DNA of 64,000 bases, taken from the NCBI GenBank assembly GCA_028534125.1, contig CM052816.1, positions 62,560,001 through 62,624,000 on the forward strand, given 5' to 3'. The notes below the pieces were generated by a model that worked only from the letters and a program-made list of their open reading frames with translations, was not told the DNA's origin and searched no databases. Positions within the stretch are counted from its first letter, which is position 1, and every line of letters begins with the position of its first letter. Origin of the DNA: Lama glama (taxonomy: Eukaryota). The position numbers were made by a program, and so were the translations under genes. Positions 51,463-64,000 of the stretch are shown here, in pieces.

Positions 51463-52896
51463 ACTGGTTATGAGCCCAGAACTAACTTTTTTCAAAGGCC
51501 TAGTTTTCAGAACTACTTTGTAATGTTAAGTATCAGCTTTGGGTTCTCTAACACATGAAGATGGTGTGGGAGTGAATAAGGAGCCAATGCAAAGTAATAG
51601 TCTACTTCTGAGTCTTCAGGGAAGACTTTTCCCCGCTACTTACTAACTCAGCAGAGACAGAAACTATCCAGACATCAGCTATGCCCCTGGAAAGATTATT
51701 TTCTGGTCTATATTTATAGGCCCTAGGTTGAAGCAAGAAATATTACTCATATTCTGTGCCTTGTTCTGGGTCCAAACTGAGACTCCTGGGCCTGTGATTT
51801 ACATCTGGAAGTGGAAATATTCCCCCAAGTTATTTAGGAAAGGTGATTACCAGGGTCATAATAATGACATGTGCCTTCTTGGACCAGGAAACTGGGGATT
51901 TCAGTCAGAATACAAGAATACATAATACAATACAGAATACAAGCTGATAGAAGAATTGGGGCTTACTGATGAGTCAAAATGAGAAAATACTATGTCTCCT
52001 TTCTTTTAATTAATGCCTTTGATGCTAGATGTTGGCCTATGGAGAATTTTTCTCTCATTTTTCCTCCTATAAATCTCTATGGTGTCAAGAAGATACCCAA
52101 TGGAAAAATTTTTACTCAAGTTACTGATGTCCATTTGCTGCTGTTTGTGTTTAAAAGGAGAAGATGAGTAACTCTCTTATTGGATGCCCATATTTCCATT
52201 TTCCTCATTTGACTATGTGTGGATGTTAGTTCCCATGAACATTATTTATGTGTTGGTCACCAAACCTGCCAGTTTGATAAGATGACAACTTTGAACCCAA
52301 AGTCATATCTTGGCCTTTCTCCTATGCCCTATGTTAGCACTTCATGCTCTGATCAAAGCTTGCCTGAATGCAAAATGTGCTATCTCTGTTGGTATCTCTT
52401 TGAGAGGTAACTAGAATGAGTTGGTTTCTGTATATCTTGAACTGGAGTGAGTCATTTTCTACATGTCATTTCTTTAACAAGAGCAGGGAAATGCATCTTC
52501 AAAGCTGAGCAAATAACCCATGGCTTAAGCAGTAGATGTGATTAGAAGAACTAAAGCTCTCAAGCTTAATTTGCCCTAGGAAATATGCTTAAAATGGCTG
52601 ACTCAAAGTGGGAAAGATCAGCCTTTGATCAGACAAAATTTTCTAAAATTAAGCAATTCCATGTAATTAAAGCTGTAATTGTGGTTATCATCCTGAAAGC
52701 CTTCTATCCAACCTCTCTTTGAATGCTGATTTCTATATGTGTTTTGTCTTAGCTTGACCAATTTCCCTTGATGTTGAGTCTAGTTCATTCCACTGTAGGA
52801 TAAATCTAACCATCAGAATGTGCTTCTCTTTTTTGCTTCAAAGTCCAGTTCTTCTAACTCCTAACTTCTCACTGGTCCTAGGCCTGCCCTTAAGGA

Positions 52897-53045
52897 TAGC
52901 ATTGTCCATAGAACCTTCTACAATGATGGGAATGTTTTCTCTGTGCACTGTCTAATATGGCAGTCACTAGTCACATAAGGCTCCTGAACGCTTGAAATAA
53001 AGCTAGTGTGACGGAGGAACTTAATTTTTAATGCTTTTCAAGTTT
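52897..53045. mobile_element. MER3-like hAT-Charlie MITE
   Basis: tgtccatagaaccttctacaatgatgggaatgtt...tgtctaatatggcagtcactagtcacat...gctagtgtgacggaggaact. Confidence 0.8.
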
Positions 53046-53059
53046 AAATGTTCTGCGTG

Positions 53060-56000
53060 TAACTTATGTTACACGGTAAGAGGATGAGAGGAAGGAAAAC
53101 AAAAATATTTGCCTAATATATGTATTTATATTCTATTTATACATGCACAAATATATTCATAACAAAATAATGACGAATACTCATGACACATAGTCTTCAT
53201 GTCTGTAACTGGTCATATGGTCATAGCTGATATTTATAAGTACCTTTTCTACTCCCCTACTCCCCTTGTCTTCAGTAAGCAATTCAGCTAGTCATGGTTC
53301 TTTACTTGGTAGAGTGACCTAAACCTTCATTCCTGAAAGGTATGGGCCATTAGTAGCCCTGCCTGGATTGGGTTGTTGTAGTTTTCCAGCTAATTTGAAC
53401 ACAGGGCGTGGCAATATTAAGAGATGCCCAAGGGGATCGCCTATATTCTGGATCGCCATTGTGGAATAGCAGTCTAACTTTCCCTTGCAGACCAGAATCA
53501 ATCAAACCAGCCATCACAATAACTGCTTTCTTTGTTTATTGATTCATAGGCATGAGAAGTTCAGAGTGGCCAGGTGGCAATCTTAATTTCCAGTTTAATT
53601 GAATCATTGTTGTGTCTCCTTGTAGAAGCATTTCTCCCTTTGGAACTAAGACCAGCACAGTGTAGGGTCACCAGAACAGGAAGCAAAAATTTTACTGTGG
53701 ATCACAAGTAATAGTATGTGGTACCACTTCCATTTATACTCCTTGATTCCTGAATCCGTGAATCCTGGCTATGGGAGAAACAGCACTACATACCGAATTC
53801 AGATTCAGAGTGGATAGGTCCCCTGGAGCACCTTGCCCCAGCCCTGTAAGACATTGCCACGTAGCTGGCACTGTAACTGAGTCTTCAAAAGGCCATTCCA
53901 CCGTTCTATCAAGCCAGCTGCTTCAGGATGGTGGGAAACATGGTAAAATCAGTGAATTCTATGAGCACGGGCCTATTGCTACACTTCTTTTTCTGTGAAG
54001 TGAGTTTCTTTACCAGAAGCAATGCTGTGTGGAATACCATGACAGTGAATTAGGCATTCTGGAAACCATGGGAGGATAGTTTTGGCAGAATCACTGCATG
54101 CAGGGAAGCCAAATCCATATCCAGAGTAAGTGTCTATTCCAGTAAAACTAAAATGCTTCCCTTTCCATGGTGTAAGTGGTACAGTGTAATCAACCTACCA
54201 CCAGGTAGCTGGCTGATCACCCTGGGGAATGGTACCATGGTAGGGACTCATTGTTGGTTTCTGTCTCTGGTAGATTTGGCACCTAGTGGAGGTCATAATC
54301 AGGTCAGCCTTAGTGAGTGGAAGTCTATATTGCTGAGTCCATGTGAAACCTCCATCTTTGCCACCATGGACATTTTATTCATGAGCCCATTGGGTGATAA
54401 CGGGTAGCTGGTTAAAGAAGCTGATGTATTCACAGAATGGATCATCTTATCCGCTTGAGTATTAAAATCCTCCTCTCCTGAGATTACCCTTCGGTAAGCA
54501 TTCACATGAGACATAAATACCTTCATTTTTTTCGCCCATTCAGGGAAAACTATACACATAACTTTTTCTCAAATTTCCTCGTCAATAATTTTCCAATCAT
54601 GTTCCGTCCAAGTCTCTGACCCCACCCAAACCATTGGCCACAGTTCTTGAATCAGTATATAATTTCACATCTTGCCATTTCTCCTTCCAAGCAAAAAGAG
54701 TGCTAAGGGCTAAATATTTGTCCCCAAAATTCATATGTTGAAACCTAATCCCCAAGATGCAGGTATTAGGAGGTGGGGCCTTTGGGAGGTGATTAGGTCA
54801 TGAGGACAGAGCCCTCATGAGTGGAATTAGTATTTTTATAAAAGTGTCCTGAGAAACTTCCCTATCCTTCCTGCCGTGTGAGAACGCAGCAGAAGTCTGA
54901 AATCTTCAAACCAGAAGAAGCCCTTCACCAGAACCTGACCCCGTTAGCACCTTGATCTTTCTCTTCATTCACCAGAATGGTGAGCAATAAGTGTCTGCTG
55001 TTTATAAGCCACCCAGCCTGTTGTGTTTTGTTATAACAGCCTGAACAGACTGACAATGAGAAACCAGGTACTCTGCTTGAAGTTCTGCCCACTGGGAGAA
55101 TTTCCATTTATCACCGTCCTTTAGGGATGTTCCAGAAAGGGGCTGGCGTGCTGCAGCCATCCACTTTTAGGTGGTGCCTGCAGATCCTGCGAACCATCTG
55201 TAAATCAGGCCAGAGTCTTTTCTTCCTCTGTTAACTGATGTTAGGGAGCTCCCCATGAGGACATAGGTATAGCTGGGAAAGAAAGGGTGGTTTAACAGGA
55301 GTGGGGACCATGGGCATTTGGGACATTCTTCATGTAAGTTAGCTGTGCCTTCAGGGCCTGCTCAGGCCTGATCACGTGTATGCTACTTTCTTTTAATGGC
55401 AGATCACTTCTGTGAACTCCCAACTTTATGGGTCAGATAACACCCAGTTCATAATGGGCAGCTCAGGTTGCGTGGTATTTGGTAGCTCATGGTTAAGGGT
55501 TCAGTCTCTACTAAGACCCAGTAGCAGGCCAAGAGCTGTTTCTCAAAGGAGAGTAGTTACCTGTGGAGGATGGCAGGATTCTGTTCCAAAATCCTGAGGG
55601 CCTGTGCTGTGTGTGACTGACCTGTAGGAATCTGTCAAAAGATCCAAACTGTGTCCCTATCTCCCATTAACATCTTCAGCCAGTATTGAGGATGGCTGCT
55701 GGGTCATATGGCTCAAGTAACAGGGCAGCCTGCACAGCAGCCTGGACCTGTTGCAGAGGCTTCTCTTACTCTGGGCCCACCTAAATCTAGCAGCTTTTGG
55801 GGTCACTTGGTCAGTAGGCTGGAGTAACATACCCAGATTAGAAATATGTTGCCTCCAAAATCCAAAGAAATCCCCTGGGCAATGTCTTTCTTTTTTGACA
55901 TGAGGAGAGGTGAGATGTAATTACTTAACCTTTCACCTTAGAAGGGATATCTTGACGTGTCCACACCACACTGTACACCTAGAAATTTTACCAAGGTAGA

Positions 56001-57354
56001 AAGACCCTGATTTTTTGTTGGATTTATTTCCCACTCCTTAACATGCAAACATCTTATCAGTAAGTCTAGAATAGTTAGTTGCTCCTTCTTGGTCACTAGG
56101 TTCAGTCAGCATAATGTCATTAATGTAACAGACCAGTGTGATATCTTACAGAACAGAAAGGAGATCAAGATTTCTGTGAACTAAATTATGTCATAGGGCT
56201 GGAAAGTTGATGTACCCCTGAGATAGGACAGTAAAGATGTATTCCTGGACTTACCAGCTGAGAGCAAACTGCTCCTGGTGGGCTTTATGGACAGGTATGG
56301 AAATAAAGGCCATTGTCAGGTCAATAACTACATACCAAGTATGAGGGGATGTGTTAATTTGCTGAAGCAATGAAACTGCATCTGGTAAAGCAAGTGTAAT
56401 TGGAGTTACCACCTAGTAACTTACAATAATCCACTGCTAACTTCCAAGACCCATCTGTCTTTGGCACAGGCCAAATAGGTGCGTTTAATAGGGATGTGGT
56501 GGGCATCATCACCCCTGCATCTTTCAAGCCCTTGATGGCAGCACTAATGTTGGAAACTCCTCCAGGAATTCTGGGTTATCGCTTCTGGTTTACTATTTTC
56601 CTAGGTAGAAGCAGTTTTAGTACCTTCTACTTGGCTCTTACTTCACAGATAAGGGAACCAATGTGACGATTCCACCAGCTGCTGAGTTTATCTACTCCAA
56701 TGATGCATTCTGGAACTGGGGAAATAATCACAGAATGTGTTTGGAGCCTACTGCTGAGACAAACTTGAGCTATAACTCCAGTGATGACCTGACCTCCCAT
56801 AAGCCCTAAGGGAAACCCTGACTAGTGAGCTGCAGTGAAAAAGTGGCCTCCTAGAATCAGAGGCAGTTCAGAGCCAGGAGTCCCTGAAAGTCTGTTAATT
56901 GTCTTTTCTCCAACCTATAGTTTTTCTGGTAAAAGACCACAGGTCCCTTTGGGGAAGACAGAAAGAAAGATTAACAGTATACATTTTTGGTAGTGTACAC
57001 AGGTTCTTCCTCCCCTTTATTCAAAGGGTTCTGGGTTTGTAAATTGGCTCTTAAGTTCGGGAGTTGATTTAGGGGCTGTGATTCTTTGTTTTGGTGATTC
57101 AGCTTAGACTTTTTGTTCAGGTGACCTAGAACTTCTCTGCTTGTAGAGATAAAGTAAGAGTTTAGTAGTTTTCTTATCTATTTCACGTCTAGAAACACCA
57201 TGATCAACTAGTCAATGCTATAGGTCTGCATGAGTCAGACTATTTTCATTGCTGCTTTGACTCTGCTGTCCACCATGACAACCACATCCACCTTACCTTT
57301 GGCAGTGGAGTGGTACCATTTTGTCCCTGTAGAACCGCTACCAGTACCAAAATC
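53060..57354 (-). mobile_element. ERV-L internal region (gag end, pro, RT, RNase H, integrase, dUTPase), decayed; most of gag deleted; no 3' LTR seen
   Basis: Minus strand: VLSQGYINFPAL and TLVCYINDIML (degenerate YIDD, 56116-56127); EWAKKMKVFMSHVNAY (RNase H, ORF 54299-54559); GDQPATWW*VDY (integrase); PPGHSELLM (dUTPase-like). Confidence 0.9.
54701..55055 (+). mobile_element. MLT1A-like MaLR solo LTR nested in ERV-L pol
   Basis: tccccaaaattcatatgttgaaacctaatcccc...ggtggggcctttgggaggtgattaggtcatgagg...tttataagccacccag; near-TSD AAGAG/ATGAG. Confidence 0.9.
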
Positions 57355-58126
57355 TCTATCAGTCTGGGTTCTTCAGAGAAGAAGAACCAATAGCATATTC
57401 AAATAAAAAAGTGCATATGGCATATAATTCCTTATGGTAAATATCTACCTATCTACCTATCAATCAGGAAATAGAGATTGAGATTATATGTGAATATATG
57501 TAATATATATATGTGTTAGATAGCTATGTATAGAGAGTCACTATGAAGAATTGACTGATGTAACTGTGGATGCTAAGAAGTCCTGGATCTGGGGGAGAGT
57601 ACAGCTCAAGTGGTAGAGTGCATGCTTAGCATACACGAGGTCCTGGTTTCAATCCCCAGTACCTCCCCTAAAAATAAACAAATGAGTAAACCTAATTACC
57701 TCCCCCCTAAAATAAACAAATAAGTAAAAAGCGCAACACATTTGAAAAAAAATTTTTTAAGAAGTCCTAGGTCTACACTTAGCAAGTTGGACACCCAAGA
57801 AAGCCTATGATACAGTTCTGGTCTGAATCTGAAGTCCTGAGAACCAAGTCTGAGTCCAACTCTGAAGGCAGGAGAAGACAGAGGTCCCAAATTGAGGACA
57901 GTAAGGCAAAGAAAAAGAATTCTTTTTTATTCAGCCTTTTATTCTTTTCAGGCCTTCAGCAGATTGGATGAGGCTCACCCACACTGGGGAGGGCAGTCTG
58001 CTTTATACAGTTTATTTGTTCAGATGTTAATCTCATCCAGAAACACCCTCACAGACACTTCTATAAATAATTTTTGACCATATGTCTGGGAAGTCCTTAA
58101 ATTGACACATAAAATTAACTATCACA
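57355..58126 (-). mobile_element. MLT2-like 5' LTR of the ERV-L provirus
   Basis: Minus strand starts TGTGATAGTTAATTTTATGTGTCAA, ends ctctgaagaacccagactgataga, followed by the ERV-L leader gattttggtac. Confidence 0.88.
57591..57758 (+). mobile_element. tRNA-derived SINE, camelid Vic-1-like, nested in the MLT2 LTR
   Basis: GGGGGAGAGTACAGCTCAAGTGGTAGAG...GTTTCAATCCCCAGTACCTCC; 16-bp TSD AAGAAGTCCTGGATCT / AAGAAGTCCTAGGTCT (2 mismatches). Confidence 0.92.
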
Positions 58127-58369
58127 TTTCCTAATAATGATTTATACCCTGGTTTTATTGATGATATAGTATTATTTATGGTAATTTAAAGATACTGAAT
58201 AATTACTATTTTCAGCCTGTGGTGATGGTTGAAAATTTTGGCATCTACCTTTCGAACAAACTGTAAAACCTTTTGCTTTGTCTTCCAGTATGTGGGTGAA
58301 CTGGTGAGCTTTCAAGCTCTTTGTCATCCCTCAAATCTCCTTTAATAGGTTTCCATAGGCATCAGCTGG

Positions 58370-58519
58370 GGATATTGGTAAAAGTAGAGATTCCTGGTAT
58401 CCATCCCTAGAGACTCTGATTTGGAAGAACTGGGGCAGGTCCCAGGACTCTGTATCTTTAACATGTTCCCCAAATAATTCTGATACCAGCACTCCATATT
58501 GACACTTTGAGAAACACTG
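58370..58519 (+). mobile_element. MER5-like hAT-Charlie MITE
   Basis: agattcctgg...agagactctgatttg...ctggggcaggtcccaggactctgtatctttaaca...cactttgagaaacactg. Confidence 0.7.
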
Positions 58520-59454
58520 ATTTATGTCATCGTCATTAACAAAGAATGGGGAATTTATGGCTTTATAGGCAGCCTGCAACTTAAGAGTAACACTCAGGTT
58601 TTTTTTCTTTTATTTTGTAAAACTTGTTTTAAAAAGACCTTTCCCCAAAATATTTTGCACCCATGTTCTTTTGAAGTCTTATACAATGTGCTTCTCACGT
58701 TGATGGCATTCCTGAGCCCTAAGATCTGAAGAGTATCTAATAGTTATTCCAATCCTATCACCCTGCTCTTGGAAACACAGTTTCTCATTTTGCATCTGAA
58801 CTTCTGCATATCATTACGCAGCCCTTCAACCTCATTTGATTCTATTTGTCATTAGCCTGAGAGAGGCTGTCAGTTCTGCGTCCTGGCGTGTGATTCTTGC
58901 AGCTCCCACATTTTTCCCCCTTAGTATTTTTTCTTCTTCATTTCTAGAATTGTCCACATATTTCACTGAGACATAACAGAGAAAAATAACTCTTATTTTT
59001 AGTGATAATGAGCCTGAAAATGAATAATCTCCTTTAATAAGCTTTCTTTTTTGTTGGCGCTCTTTAATGAATAAATCTCAGCTGTAGGAAGGGGAGCCAA
59101 TATAAGGGCCATAAAGGGCTTCCTCATTACTCAAATTCTGGATGGAAGATGAAAATTTAATTTCATCTCCAGTAACTATTATAAGTATGCTATTACCCAT
59201 GCCTTTTACCAATAAAATATCTGTAATAATTTATTAAGATTTTGTCTTTGTTCTCTCTATATAGAAGATAGATCAACCACCATGGACCAAACACGCTGGT
59301 TTATAGGATTTTATCATTTAGACACCATCTTATCAGAGGATGGCTAATGTGATATAAAGCTGAGAAAGACATATTGCTTGGAAATAGCAAGATGTCTATA
59401 ATCATTTAAGATTTGAGCTAATTAGACCATAAGTAGCATCCATTTGACGTAGGT

Positions 59455-59640
59455 TGATAAATGCGGTAGCCACCAGCCTCATGTGGCTCTTTAAATTTAC
59501 ATGTATTTGTTATGTTAAATAAAATTTAAAAGTTAATCTGTCTAACCAGTTTCGAGAACTCAGTAAGTAGATGTGGCTGGTTGCTGCCATATTATACCAA
59601 GGAATGTAGAACATTTCCATCTACTAAGTTCTACTAGGTA
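59455..59640. mobile_element. MER3-like hAT-Charlie MITE
   Basis: ggtagccaccagcctcatgtggctc...atgtggctggttgctgccatatt...tagaacatttccatc. Confidence 0.65.
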
Positions 59641-60639
59641 GAAATACATTAGACTCTCCTAGCCTAGCTGAATCTACCTGAGCAGAGGAAAAAAAGCTAA
59701 TTACCTTCTTTGTAAAATACTGACAATATTGTTTACTTCAGTTAATCTCTTGGGTTGAGGTGATCCTGAGAAAACTGTATTGCAGAAATTTCTGCTTAGG
59801 CATGTGCTGAATATGATGCATTTCTGGACTGTGAATACGTGTTTTTACCAACAACTGAGCTGGTAATTGTTCTTCCCATAAGAGTCCCTGGGCTTATAGG
59901 TGGTGGATGAGTACTTTACAATGATTTAATGCCTGGCAAATTCACCTCACTCTTTGTTTTTATTTGAAGTACAAACATAGTTATTTTAAACTATACTTAT
60001 AATTTACTGTGTGGGTGTTTTCTGCTTAAGAAAATCTAAAAAATGTAGGAAATAATTTCCCACATTGAGAAAAAATTGTTTGCTTTATATTAAAGGAATT
60101 AATTTTTTTATTTTCTTTGTGTTAAAAAAGAAACTTGTGAAATAGAAATATTCTTAGATACAATTAAAATTCAACCTAATGAGTTTTTGTTTAGATTCTT
60201 ATATTTCTAACCATGAATAATAATTTTATCCTTATATTGTTTCCAAAGCATATGTATTCCACACCCACTGACAACTCCAAATAATTGCTTTCCAAATTCT
60301 TGCCAGAGATTTCAACCTTCAACTGCTGTAATTCCATCTTTTACAAACATGTCTTGTTGTGAAAAGATAATGAAGACTCTCACCAACAATATATAATTGG
60401 GCTCATAACTACACCTTCATAAAAAATAAGAAACTATCATTTAACAATATACACATTAGTTCCTATCACTATCTCAGTTCTCCTCACAATGATTCTTCAT
60501 GTTTTTAACCCAGATTCAGCTACCTGAAATAGTTACCAGGTATAGAGTGTAAATGCTAGGTGTTTGTAGCAAAATTCAGGGCAAAAGGGCATGAAGTCTG
60601 CTGCAGCAGTATTAATAGCTCTTTCTTTGAAGCGTGAAC

Positions 60640-61285
60640 GATAGCTAAGACATGGAAACAGTAAGTGTCCATTAATGGATAAATGAATAAAGAAAATATG
60701 ACATACATATATACATATATGTATTTGATTCTGCCATAAAAAGGAGGAAATCCTGCCATTTGTGACAATATGACAATATGGATGAACCTTGAGGGCATTA
60801 TGCTAAGTGAAATAAATCAGATAAAGACAAATATTGCATGATTTCACTTATACGGAGTGTCTAAAAAAGTCAAACTCATAAAACAGAAAGCAGATTGATA
60901 GTTACCAGAGGTGCAGGGATGAGGGAACTGAGGAAATGTTCAAATGATCAAAGGGTATAAAATTTCAGTTGTAAGATTAGTAAGTTCTGGGGATCTAATG
61001 TACAGCATAGTGTCTGTAGTTAAAAATATTATGTTGTATACTTGAAATTTTCTGAGAGTAAAACTTAAATATTCTCATCACACACATACTTCAAAACGGT
61101 AACTTTGTGAAGTACTTACTGTAGTAATTATTTCATACTGTGTGTGTGTATATATATATGTATATGTGTATATACATATATATATACACACACACACACA
61201 TAATGTATATATATACACATATATATAAAACAAGTCATCACATTGTATATCTTAAATTTACCCAGATGGAAAAAAAGAAAAAGAA
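60640..61285 (+). mobile_element. L1MA-like 5'-truncated 3' end with TA/CA simple repeat
   Basis: atagctaagacatggaaac...tggatgaaccttgagggcattatgctaagtgaaataa...aagttctggggatctaatgtacagcat; A-rich tail. Confidence 0.85.
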
Positions 61286-62329
61286 GTGAACTCTCTCGTA
61301 GGTTATTAACATTAAATAAAAAGCCATTTAAAATTGTATTTTGCAAAGTGCCATTTGCATTTCTTGTGTCTCCTGCATATTATTCATTATTTAGTTACGT
61401 TATAGTATACATTTGTTACAATGAGAAGGAAAGAGTAACTCATAACCAATATATTTTGAATACTGCGTACAAGCTTACCTGCTAATGAGGTAAGTAATAA
61501 ATAATGGTAATTTGTATTTAACTTTTTCATATTATGTAGACAATTTTGGTGCAGATATTTACATAGTTAAACATTATGAGTGATTTAGTAATATTTGGGG
61601 AAATTGAAAGATTTTTAATGAACTCAGATTACATTGCTTTTTCCTTTTTAGAATAATAAAATATAGGCTCCTGCTATTGGATTACTTGTTATCCCCCACA
61701 TTTTTTGAGAATGGACTTGATTTAGATTATGTAGGTTACCTGTATTATATATTTCACCAATATAATGTGTGAAAATGGCTTCTGATTTTAATATGCACTG
61801 TTCCATATTACTTGTGAGATGATCTTTATACACATGCTGATTGTCATTTGCATTTTCTACTTCTTGTTTATTTTCTCATTTTTATATTGGGATAAGTGTC
61901 TTAAAATCAATCTGTGGTGGAAAAATCAATTTCATTTGAGACCTTTTTTGACATATCAAGATAATGAATATATTCATAATCCTAAAAGTTTACTCTGTTC
62001 TGTGTAATTCCTCCCTTTTAATGGTTTGGCCTTGATAGTCTTGTTAGTAAGAAAGCTTGCCATTTCTAGGCAGCTGAACTCTTGAAACTTTCACTCATCA
62101 CTTAGTTACTACAGATTCCTTGAGTTTTCCCATATGACATGTCTGTAGAGCTTCTTTTGAGAAAGATTCAGGCATTTCCTCGTATTCTGGAGGAAACCAA
62201 AGCTATATGGATATAGATAGACATAAATGCTATATATCTGTAAATGTCAGTGCAAAGTGGGAAACAAAAATATGCTGTAGAGAACATGATACTTTCTACA
62301 GTAGAGTCCACCCCGAAAGTAAGAACAGC

Positions 62330-62720
62330 TCCATCCCCTCACTCACTTTACTCCCATCCACCTGTGTCCACTTTCACTTTCTTGGATTTTTAATGTCCCT
62401 CTGCAACAGTCTTCATGCATTCTCTTCCTCTGCAGGAAACGTCATCCTTCCTTTATTCACATTGCTAGTTCCAGTTCAACCTTAACATCCAAGCTCAAGT
62501 GTCATTTCCTCCAAGAATTCTTTCTGATCTTGTTTTACTCCTTATATCATTTAACTATTATTAAAAGCTCTTATAACATTGTGATTTTAAAATTTTATAT
62601 TATCTGATTAATGCTTCTGTCCTCCATTAGAATGTAAGCCCCCTAGAGTCAGAGAATACTTATTTTTGCACACCGTTTTATTCTCAGCACGCGGTAAAGT
62701 GTGATGAGCATGAAGCTGCT
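62330..62720 (+). mobile_element. L2 3' fragment
   Basis: gctcaagtgtcatttcctccaagaa...cctccattagaatgtaagccccctagagtcagaga...ttctcagcac. Confidence 0.7.
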
Positions 62721-63924
62721 CTTTCTGTCTTACAATTTGCTTTGCTTTATATAACAAACTTTGCATGGTTCTGTTGGTTCTATCTGTGCATGCTACTAAG
62801 CTTATTTGAGAGTCAGCATAAAGCTTTATTTATTCAGCTCACTTGTCACTGTTGAGTGTTGCTTTTAGGAGAGTTATACTCATTCAGCCTCACATTTTAG
62901 TAATATAAAATTTTGTAAATTTCTAATGACTGCTTTGTAGTGCTTTCTCCCAGATTTGCAGTCGATATAATCTAGAATTGGTGGAATGATTGATTTATGG
63001 CCCCCTTTGGAAGAAGGAACAGAAGCTCGTTCAGAACTTGGCACCTGTGATGATTTCTTGGTCTGTGTATCTCTACGATCTATCACAAATATCTCTAGAT
63101 GGAGCTATTTAACCTTTTCTCTTATAAACTAAAACCAGAAGAAATGAAATTAAAGGGACATGCTTACATCGTTTCTAGGACTCTAGGCCACAACTTGAAG
63201 ATTGCTTAATGCTGGAGGTTCCTGATCACGTGCACTGACTTCTTTTGTCTTTTTCCTTTTTCCCTTACCACCAAAGCTAGCTAGGTCTATGTATGAGGAA
63301 ATAATTCTTTCTTTGCTCTAATATGGAGATCAGGTATAATAACACTTTTACCTAAATCATTATTTTTCCTGTAGAATCCAAGGTGTTTCTCTGACCAAAG
63401 TGGTAAGCATTGCTTTGTGGAGTGGTAGACTTAAAGAAACCCACTCTAATGTACTAGCAAAAACAAAAATCAGAAAATATGCATAAGGCAGAGGAAAAGA
63501 AATTCTAGTTAATTTTTTTTTATTTTAACGATGAGCAACATGGATTTTAGTAGTAGAACAATACTTATTTTTTAAGTAATAATGATAATAGCATATATAT
63601 AGCAACTCTTAACGGTATTCTAAATGCTTTTTGCATGTTCTTTTAATTCTCAAAGCAAGCTTATTTTTTATATTGTTACACATGAATTATTATAAGTTAA
63701 ATAGAAAACACTGTCTTCAGCACTTGGATATATCATTTAGTGTGTCTTAGGAAGTATATTGAATCCTCAGTGTAGGATAAAATACTGTATTTATTCTGCA
63801 TAACCAGCTCAAATGCCTCTTCTTTCGTGAAGACTTGCAATGATTTTTGAGCTTATCTTTCTGGACAGTGAGCTCCTTGAAGGCAGAAGCCATATCCTAG
63901 TTATGTTTATATCCCCTGTATCTA

Positions 63925-64000
63925 AAACTGTCTTATCGAATACGGTAGTCACTGGCCACATGTGATTAATTAAATTGAAATTTAATTAATTAAAATGAGA
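63925..64000. mobile_element. MER3/MER33-like MITE start (runs off the window end)
   Basis: aatacggtagtcactggccacatgtg...ttaaattgaaatttaattaattaaaat. Confidence 0.6.

Overview
AT-rich mammalian (eutherian) genomic DNA, mostly transposable-element remnants, with no protein-coding gene I can support. Two tRNA-derived SINEs resembling the camelid Vic-1 family suggest a camelid genome (recognition from memory, not a database result). Three gaps of exactly 500 N (7665-8164, 23786-24285, 44573-45072) split the window into four contigs whose true spacing is unknown. Main content: (i) a TSD-flanked lineage-specific LINE-1 (33201-37925) that keeps its CpG-rich 5'UTR and 3' end but jumps from the start of ORF1 into mid-ORF2; (ii) an ERV-L/MLT2 provirus remnant (about 53060-58126, minus) with most of gag deleted and nested MaLR-LTR and SINE insertions; (iii) several solo LTRs, an ERV1-type RT fragment, older L1M, L2 and MIR copies, and hAT-Charlie MITEs; (iv) an unexplained GC-rich, mRNA-like segment at about 22.9-23.7 kb; (v) a few isolated splice-site-bounded exon candidates and enhancer-like unique stretches. 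Almost all ORFs in the supplied track are noise, N-gap artefacts or retroelement fragments. I find no convincing evidence of a novel biological system. The best leads are the internally deleted L1, the GC-rich orphan segment, an inverted pair of an unrecognised tandem-unit LTR-like repeat, and a 15-nt microexon candidate. Repeat family names and most boundaries are approximate.
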